Assembly (NCBI GenBank): GCA_038215615.1
Contig: JBBQQR010000017.1
Location: 1-46,031, forward strand
Source of the DNA: Vulcanimicrobiales bacterium
GTDB lineage: Bacteria; Vulcanimicrobiota; Vulcanimicrobiia; Vulcanimicrobiales; Vulcanimicrobiaceae
Length of the DNA: 46,031 bases
Direction: 5' to 3'
Positions within the stretch are counted from its first letter, which is position 1, and the number at the start of each line of letters is the position of its first letter. Both the position numbers and the translations under genes were made by a program. Below the pieces are notes generated by a model that did not search any database, had not been told where the DNA came from, and saw nothing but the letters and a program-made list of their open reading frames with translations. This document shows positions 40,453 through 46,031 of the stretch, piece after piece.

Positions 40453-41012
40453 TCCAGCGCGTTCTCCTGGTCCTACTGGCATCGGTTGCGCTGGTCGTCG
40501 TCGCAGGAATCTTTTCGGCAGGCCGAGCGTGCGCGCACGATCCGCGCTTTGCCTGCTCTCCACGTCCCGCATCAAACCCGATCCTGATTTCGGATCCGGC
40601 CAAGTCGTGGGCATTCTACGGTCGGCTCGCCGGCGGTGGGGAAGATCGCTACGTGGTAAAGACCGCCGTCCCCCAGCAAATACCGGCGAACATTCTGATC
40701 GACACGCGCGATACTTTAAATCCTGCGCGGCCGCGAGCAACGTTCTACGACGTTCGAGGGAAGACGCTGGCAACGCTGGATATGCGGTACGCGCAGCCGT
40801 TTTACGAACCATTTTCGCGCGTTCACTATTTAAGCAGTCCGATACGAGTCATCACGTTCCAGCCGGGCACCACTACGATCGTGATCGCCATGCGCGGCGG
40901 AAACGCGTCGCAACGCTACACGTTTGCGTTGGGTCGCGACGAAAGGTTCGATCTGTTGGAAATTGCCTACCTCGGGGGCGCGCTTTACCGTATTCACAAC
41001 CGCAAGTACTAA
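40449..41012 (+). CDS. Hypothetical secreted protein
   Basis: ATGA overlap; signal peptide ending ACA-H; SWAFYG, FYEPF. Confidence 0.7.
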   Translation: MIQRVLLVLLASVALVVVAGIFSAGRACAHDPRFACSPRPASNPILISDPAKSWAFYGRLAGGGEDRYVVKTAVPQQIPANILIDTRDTLNPARPRATFYDVRGKTLATLDMRYAQPFYEPFSRVHYLSSPIRVITFQPGTTTIVIAMRGGNASQRYTFALGRDERFDLLEIAYLGGALYRIHNRKY

Positions 41013-41089
41013 GAATCGAAAACGACTGCCACCGCGACGGAGGTCAACATGCGCTTGCGCTCGACCGTGAACTTATGCGCGGTTCAGAC

Positions 41090-41593
41090 GTGAAAACTCG
41101 CGTGATCGTCAACGATAAAATGCAACGCGGGTATGAGTACTACCGTAGCGCATCCGTGGGCCGCAACTTTTCGGCGGATTTCACCCCTGACCTGACACCG
41201 AAGGAAATGCTGCAGCTTGGAATCTTCGGCGGAAAATACATGACCGATTGCCGCAACGAGTTCCCCGCCGGCTGGTTCGCACGGGCGAAACTTTGCGCGG
41301 AGCGTCACGATCCTGCGCTTAACTGCTTTGGCGTCAACGCGTCGCAGCCGCTACGCGAGTGGCAGCGCAAAGGTTGGATTCATCCGCAAGATCCGCGCGG
41401 GTGGTTTCAATGGTATTGCCGCTATTACATGGGCCGGCGCAGCGATGACGACGTGCGCCAGATTCGCCGCTGGCGAGCGATTGCGCGCCATGTCGCACAG
41501 CTTCGCAAACATTGCCGCCGCGGCGATCTCGATTGCCGCCCGCGCCAGCGACAGGCGCTGCTGCATTGGGCCTACGACAGCCGAAAAATTTGA
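41090..41593 (+). CDS. Conserved hypothetical protein (Trp/Arg-rich)
   Basis: LTPKEMLQLGIFGGKY, DPRGWFQWYCRYYMGRR, RQALLHWAYD look like conserved blocks. Start 41075 or 41090. Confidence 0.8.
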   Translation: MKTRVIVNDKMQRGYEYYRSASVGRNFSADFTPDLTPKEMLQLGIFGGKYMTDCRNEFPAGWFARAKLCAERHDPALNCFGVNASQPLREWQRKGWIHPQDPRGWFQWYCRYYMGRRSDDDVRQIRRWRAIARHVAQLRKHCRRGDLDCRPRQRQALLHWAYDSRKI

Positions 41594-41618
41594 GGAAAGG
41601 TCAGTAGCGGCGCAACGG

Positions 41619-42842
41619 TCAGAAACCGGAAATGCCGTTCGGAGTGCCCCATCCCGTCGGTCCATCGTAACCGGGTCCGGCCTGGCAAATATAGAGCATG
41701 ATCGTAGGGCACTGAAAGACGCCCGGATTTGAACCGCTTACGATGTCGTGATATGAAATTGTGCCGCCGTGCGCCCAAATAAATTGCGGCGCGTTGATGG
41801 TGGCGGCATTGCCGGCTAGCGCAAAGATGGCTGCGATGATCGGCGATGAAACGCTCGTGCCGCCGCTTTCCACCCATCCGCCCGAGAGCGGATAGTATAT
41901 CGCCACCCCGGTGTTCGGATCGCCCACCGCGGAAATATCGGTTTCGGAGCGCATCGTGCAGCCGCGGTCGGTTTGCCAGGCCGGTTTGAGTACGACGACA
42001 CTGCAGCCACTGCCGGTGGCGTTTTCCAAACCGCCGTTCCACGTGACTTCGTCCCAACCGCGCGCGTTCGATACTGCCGTCAGCGACGTTCCTCCGACGC
42101 ACACGACGCCTGCGAACGAACACGGCTGCGTCATGCCCGCTCCGCCGTCGCCTGCACTTGCCGTGATCACATGCCCCGGGTGATTAAAAGCCGGATTATC
42201 GGCGCCGATTTCGGCGCCGTCATATGAGTTGCTCACCGCATCGGCACCGAGCGCAACAGCTGCGTTTTCCGCAGCGCTGAAACTGTTGATGTCGGCCGCG
42301 CCGGCCTGCACCAGAACGATCCGGCACTTCGGACAGATCGCCGAGACCATATCCATATCGATGGCTTGCTCCGCGCCCCAGAATGGATTGGGCGAAGGCA
42401 GCGGCGAGCTCGCCCCATTTTGGTTGACGATTCGCAGGCATCCGGTCTCCACCGCGCACGCGGGGAGCTGCATCGCGAGCCGGTATACCGCCAAATCCGC
42501 CGCTGCGTTGGGATAGCCGAACGCATCGACGATTGCGACGACGCCGGTTCCGGTCGCGCTGGCCTGCGTTAGTCCGTAGGCATCCTGTAAGTCCGACGCA
42601 CAATACGGCGGCGCGTGATTGCAATGCACGACCGATGAAAACGCGCCGCCCACATCGGTCCGCAGGAGCGCCAAACATGCGAAACTTCCGGCTGCCGGCC
42701 GATCGCACACCGCGCGAACGTTTCCAAGCGTGCTCCCGAACTGCAACGGAGATGCAAGCGGACCCGGTCCGCATGCCGCTAGGCTCGCGGCAACACAGAC
42801 CCAAAACACGTAGAGAACGTGTCGAACGTCCGCCCGTTTCAT
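41619..42842 (-). CDS. S53/S8 (sedolisin-like) serine peptidase lipoprotein
   Basis: EQAID (Glu/Asp), SAGDGG, GGTSVSSP, YDGPTGWGTPN; SLAAC lipobox. Confidence 0.88.
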   Translation of the reverse strand: MKRADVRHVLYVFWVCVAASLAACGPGPLASPLQFGSTLGNVRAVCDRPAAGSFACLALLRTDVGGAFSSVVHCNHAPPYCASDLQDAYGLTQASATGTGVVAIVDAFGYPNAAADLAVYRLAMQLPACAVETGCLRIVNQNGASSPLPSPNPFWGAEQAIDMDMVSAICPKCRIVLVQAGAADINSFSAAENAAVALGADAVSNSYDGAEIGADNPAFNHPGHVITASAGDGGAGMTQPCSFAGVVCVGGTSLTAVSNARGWDEVTWNGGLENATGSGCSVVVLKPAWQTDRGCTMRSETDISAVGDPNTGVAIYYPLSGGWVESGGTSVSSPIIAAIFALAGNAATINAPQFIWAHGGTISYHDIVSGSNPGVFQCPTIMLYICQAGPGYDGPTGWGTPNGISGF

Positions 42843-42917
42843 AGCCGGGAAGCGGTTCGCCGGTAAAGCCGGCTGTCCGCCTCACGTGCGGCAATGGTGA
42901 CGGGCGTTTTATTTTTG

Positions 42918-42990
42918 TGGAGATGGGGGGACTCGAACCCCCGACCCCTTACATGCGAAGCAAGTGCTCTACCAGCTGAGCTACATCCCC
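42918..42990 (-). tRNA. tRNA-Ala (anticodon CGC)
   Basis: GGGGATG-TAGCTCAGCTGGTAGAGC-A-CTTGC-TTCGCAT-GTAAG-GGGTC-GGGGGTTCGAGTCCCC-CATCTCC-A cloverleaf; G3:U70 identity pair; CCA not encoded. Confidence 0.97.
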
Positions 42991-43006
42991 ACGTTTCGCG
43001 CAGCCC

Positions 43007-43022
43007 GTGCTCTACCAGCTGA
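43007..43022 (-). repeat. Exact 16-bp direct repeat of the tRNA-Ala D-arm region
   Basis: GTGCTCTACCAGCTGA occurs at 42964-42979 and at 43007-43022. Confidence 0.95.
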
Positions 43023-43046
43023 CCCTTCGACAGGTTCAGGGTGACA
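43023..43046 (-). repeat. REP-like dispersed repeat unit
   Basis: TGTCACCCTGAACCTGTCGAAGGG resembles the widespread GTCACCCTGAGC(C/T)TGTCGAAGGG repeat family (recognised from memory). Confidence 0.55.
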
Positions 43047-43075
43047 CTGGAGAGATTGAAGCGGCAGCGCCGCTG

Positions 43076-43105
43076 ATTATACGGCCGGGCGGAAGGCCCT
43101 GTCAA
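43076..43105 (-). promoter_or_regulatory. Consensus sigma70 promoter of tRNA-Ala
   Basis: TTGACA-N18-TATAAT, both hexamers perfect. Confidence 0.88.
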
Positions 43106-43118
43106 AGTTCGGTGGCAG

Positions 43119-43144
43119 GAATGATTTTGCAAACCATTCGCAAA
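43119..43144. promoter_or_regulatory. Candidate Fur-family (Zur) operator
   Basis: Overlapping imperfect palindromes GAATGATTTTGCAAACCATTC and TGCAAAC-C-ATTCGCA just before the fur-family gene. Confidence 0.5.
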
Positions 43145-43154
43145 TTAGGCCCGG

Positions 43155-43538
43155 ATGCGGGCCACCTATGCCACCAAACCCCGGGAACAGGTCTCGGCCG
43201 TGCTGCGGCGCGAGAAGCGGTATCTCTCAGCGGCTGAAATCCACGCGATTCTGCGCAAGGCGCGCACCAATGTATCGCTCTCTACAGTTTACCGCACGCT
43301 CGACATGCTTGCCGGTAAGGGCGAGGCCAGCGCGCGGGTCGACGAGCGCGGCGAGACGACGTTCGTGGACTGCGACCAGTCGCACCACCATCACGCCGTT
43401 TGCAACGATTGCGGCAAAGTCGAAGACGTTTCGTGCGAAGCGATCGAAAGCGTCGCCCACGCGCTGCGCTCACACCACGGCTTCAAACTTGCTGACCACG
43501 AGATGGAGTTTTTCGGCACGTGCGGGGCGTGCAGATGA
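43155..43538 (+). CDS. zur: Fur-family regulator, probably Zur
   Basis: SLSTVYRTL, HHHHAVCNDCG, CGAC; first gene of a metal ABC operon. Confidence 0.85.
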   Translation: MRATYATKPREQVSAVLRREKRYLSAAEIHAILRKARTNVSLSTVYRTLDMLAGKGEASARVDERGETTFVDCDQSHHHHAVCNDCGKVEDVSCEAIESVAHALRSHHGFKLADHEMEFFGTCGACR

Positions 43539-44404
43539 AAGCATGCGCGTTCCTCCTGGGTGTTTTGCTGTGCAGCTGTTCTAGCTCCACCACTCATGGA
43601 CAAGGTGATAGCAGCAAAATCGCCGTCGTCACAACATTCTCTACGCTAAATTCGTTCGTGGAGGCCGTTGGCGGATCGCACGTTACGGTGCACAACCTCG
43701 TGCCGATTGGCGCGTCCCCGGAAACCTACCAGCCGACACCTCAAGATGTCGCAACGCTGGCCGACGCGCAGCTGCTTGTCGAGAACGGCACGGGCATTGA
43801 AGTTTGGCTTCAGCACACGATCTCGACCGCGAGCAATCCTAACGTGCGCGTGCTGATTCTTTCCGACGGTTTGAAGCACATCGACCACAACCCGCATCTC
43901 TGGATGGACCCCTTTCTCGCTAGCTTGTACGTCGGTAAAGTTGCGCGCGCGCTCAGTCTGATGGACCCGCCGCACACCGCGGACTATCAGCGTAACGCCG
44001 CGGCCTATCAGCAGAAGCTCGCGGCTCTGCAAAATGAGATCGCCAATGCCGTTTCGAGGATCCCATCGCAGCGCCGCACGATGCTCGTCTTCCACAACGC
44101 CTGGCAGTACTACAACGACCGGTTCGGCATCCGCACGGTCGGCGTGATCGAGCTCTCGCCGGGACAAGAACCCAATTCCTCGTACATCGCGAGCCTGGTC
44201 GACCTGGCGCGCAGATACAACGTTCGCGCCGTCTTTTCCGAACCCGAATACAGTCCGAAGATCGCGCAAGCGCTGGCGAAAAGCGCCGGCATTCGAACCG
44301 TGAGCGATCTGTACGATGACTCGATCGACAACAACGCGCGCGTCCACGACTACATCAGCATGTTGCGTTACGATACCGGCGTGATTGTGAAAGCGCTGAA
44401 GTGA
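43535..44404 (+). CDS. znuA: Zn/Mn ABC transporter substrate-binding lipoprotein
   Basis: LCSC lipobox, VVTTFS, NPHLWMDP, VFHNAWQYY; ATGA overlap. Confidence 0.85.
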   Translation: MKACAFLLGVLLCSCSSSTTHGQGDSSKIAVVTTFSTLNSFVEAVGGSHVTVHNLVPIGASPETYQPTPQDVATLADAQLLVENGTGIEVWLQHTISTASNPNVRVLILSDGLKHIDHNPHLWMDPFLASLYVGKVARALSLMDPPHTADYQRNAAAYQQKLAALQNEIANAVSRIPSQRRTMLVFHNAWQYYNDRFGIRTVGVIELSPGQEPNSSYIASLVDLARRYNVRAVFSEPEYSPKIAQALAKSAGIRTVSDLYDDSIDNNARVHDYISMLRYDTGVIVKALK

Positions 44405-45144
44405 GCGACGCGATCGTCGTATCGAACCTAGTCGTTCGATACGACAACGTGCTCGCGCTCGATGGTGCCAGCCTGACCGCAAGTTCGGGTGAAGCGCTCG
44501 GCATCGTCGGTCCAAACGGTTCCGGGAAATCGACCCTGCTGAAAACGATCGCGGGGCTGCTTCCGCCGGCATCCGGAAGCGTCTGCGTCCTGGGCAAACA
44601 ACCGCGCGAATTGCCGGCGGGCACGATTGCCTACGTGCCGCAAATCGAAGCCGTCGATTGGAGTTTCCCCGCGACCGTCTGGGATGTCGTTGCCATGGGC
44701 CGCTTTCCGCGGCTCGGCCTTTTCCGGCGATTCGGCAACGAAGATCGCAAAGCCGTGCGGCGCGCGCTCGCGCAGCTGCGCATGGAAGATCTCGCCGGCC
44801 GCCACATTTCCGCGCTTTCGGGCGGACAGCAGCAGCGGGCGTTCGTCGCGCGCGCAATCGCGCAAGAACCACGCGTGCTGTTGCTCGACGAGCCGACCAC
44901 GGGTGTTGACGACCAAACCGAAGAGTCGCTGCGTGAAGTCGTGCGCGAACTCGTCAAGGCCGGTTTGCCGGTGCTCATGGCGACGCACGATCTCGACCGC
45001 GCGGATGACTGGTTCGATCGTCTGGTCGTTATCGACCGACGCGTCATCGCGATCGGAACGCCCGAGGAAGTCGCAAAAAGCGGCGCGTATGCCGGAATTC
45101 GCGAGCACACGCACACCCACGGCCACATGCGTACCGACCGATGA
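44401..45144 (+). CDS. znuC: Zn/Mn ABC transporter ATP-binding protein
   Basis: GPNGSGKS, YVPQ...DWSFP, LSGGQQQR, LDEP, THD. Confidence 0.9.
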   Translation: MSDAIVVSNLVVRYDNVLALDGASLTASSGEALGIVGPNGSGKSTLLKTIAGLLPPASGSVCVLGKQPRELPAGTIAYVPQIEAVDWSFPATVWDVVAMGRFPRLGLFRRFGNEDRKAVRRALAQLRMEDLAGRHISALSGGQQQRAFVARAIAQEPRVLLLDEPTTGVDDQTEESLREVVRELVKAGLPVLMATHDLDRADDWFDRLVVIDRRVIAIGTPEEVAKSGAYAGIREHTHTHGHMRTDR

Positions 45145-45974
45145 TCGAGCACTTGATCGCGCCGTTTCATTACGCGTTCATGCAGCGCGCTTTTCTAACG
45201 GCGATTCTCGTCGGCGTTCTCTGCGCGACGATGGGAACGTATGTCATCTTGCGGAAGCTGGCGTTCATCGGCGACGGAATTGCGCACGCATCCTTCGCCG
45301 GCATCGTGATCGCGTATCTGCGAGGAACGAATTTTTATCTCGGGGCCGGAATCGTCGCCGTGATAACGGCACTCGGCATTGGGTTCGTGCACCGCCGCGG
45401 GCGTATCTCCCTCGATACGACCATCGGCGTGCTCTTCACGGGTGCGTTCGCGCTGGGCATTTTCCTGATGAGCCGCCAGCGAACGTACTCCGTCGACCTG
45501 CAGAGTTTTTTATTCGGCGACATCTTGTCGGTCGGCTCGCAAGACGTGATCATGATCGTCGCGCTGGCGCTGGTCGTGGGCCTTGTGACGACGCTGCTCT
45601 TTCGCTCGCTGCTCTACACGTCGTTCGATCCGGTCGTGGCCCAAGCCAGCGGCATGAATGCAAACGCGATCGAGTACGTGCTGCTCGTCTTGATCGCGCT
45701 GACCATCATCATCTCGCTGCAAGCCGTCGGCATCATTCTGGTTGCAGCGCTCTTGGTCACGCCGGCGGCAGCCGCGTATCAGTTGACGAACCGCTTCGCG
45801 CCGATGATGGCACTCTCGGCGGCCTTCGGCGCGTTCTGTGCCGTGGGCGGCCTCTACTTATCGTATTATTTGGCCAGCGCGAGCGGCGCCACGATCGTTT
45901 TGGTTGCCACGGTGCTCTTTTTTGCAGCGGTCGGCGGCAAGCAGGTGCGTCTGGCTATTGCGCGGCGAACGTGA
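45141..45974 (+). CDS. znuB: Zn/Mn ABC transporter permease
   Basis: FMQRA, GDGIAHASFAG, FLFGDIL, SFDP, VGIILV. Confidence 0.9.
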   Translation: MIEHLIAPFHYAFMQRAFLTAILVGVLCATMGTYVILRKLAFIGDGIAHASFAGIVIAYLRGTNFYLGAGIVAVITALGIGFVHRRGRISLDTTIGVLFTGAFALGIFLMSRQRTYSVDLQSFLFGDILSVGSQDVIMIVALALVVGLVTTLLFRSLLYTSFDPVVAQASGMNANAIEYVLLVLIALTIIISLQAVGIILVAALLVTPAAAAYQLTNRFAPMMALSAAFGAFCAVGGLYLSYYLASASGATIVLVATVLFFAAVGGKQVRLAIARRT

Positions 45975-46031
45975 AGGGCGCCGTATAAATCGAATTCCCG
46001 TCGTCGAACTGTAGCCACATGCGGTAAAGCC
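45955..46031 (-). CDS. 3' end of a hypothetical protein (runs off window end)
   Basis: Manual translation LYRMWLQFDDGNSIYTAPFTFAAQ*, protein-like and convergent with znuB. Confidence 0.55.
   Translation of the reverse strand, partial: LYRMWLQFDDGNSIYTAPFTFAAQ

Noticed and set aside
33687..42918. Genomic island integrated at the tRNA-Ala 3' end
   Set aside because: The block is rich in hypotheticals, but I found no integrase and no distal copy of the tRNA 3' end by eye.
43129..43150. GCAAACCATTCG similarity to the c-di-GMP-I riboswitch
   Set aside because: No GNRA-capped P2, no GACGCAAAGC and no P3; better explained as an operator dyad.

Overview
High-GC bacterial chromosomal segment, densely packed, with many ATGA/GTGA/TAATG stop-start overlaps. 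I found no CRISPR array, integrase or transposase. The gene mix (AroH chorismate mutase, Grx4/BolA, SLH lipoprotein, tandem VPS10/BNR propellers, many secreted hypotheticals) suggests a soil lineage such as Ca. Eremiobacterota/Vulcanimicrobiota. That assignment is inference only. Main content: an operon of a small membrane protein, bolA, grxD and a sulfurtransferase; a NUDIX/MBL pair; a VTT-rnd-acnA operon followed by two TMEM175 genes; EamA-aceE-aceF running divergently from a TPP riboswitch-thiC-Nramp-HAD unit; two VPS10-like paralogs plus an HD hydrolase; aroH-tyrA; a block of secreted/lipoprotein hypotheticals; tRNA-Ala(CGC); and a zur-znuACB-like operon. The best leads are non-coding. They are (1) a candidate ~100-nt sRNA with its own promoter and terminator at ~7255-7355, (2) a structured AT-richer element with a competing helix at ~2990-3110, and (3) a tRNA-Ala leader carrying an exact copy of the tRNA's D-arm fused to a REP-like repeat. 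Several proteins also show substituted catalytic or pore residues (TMEM175 pair, VKOR, RpiB, CGNR, ZnuA). All family calls come from motif recognition by eye; no database searches were run.
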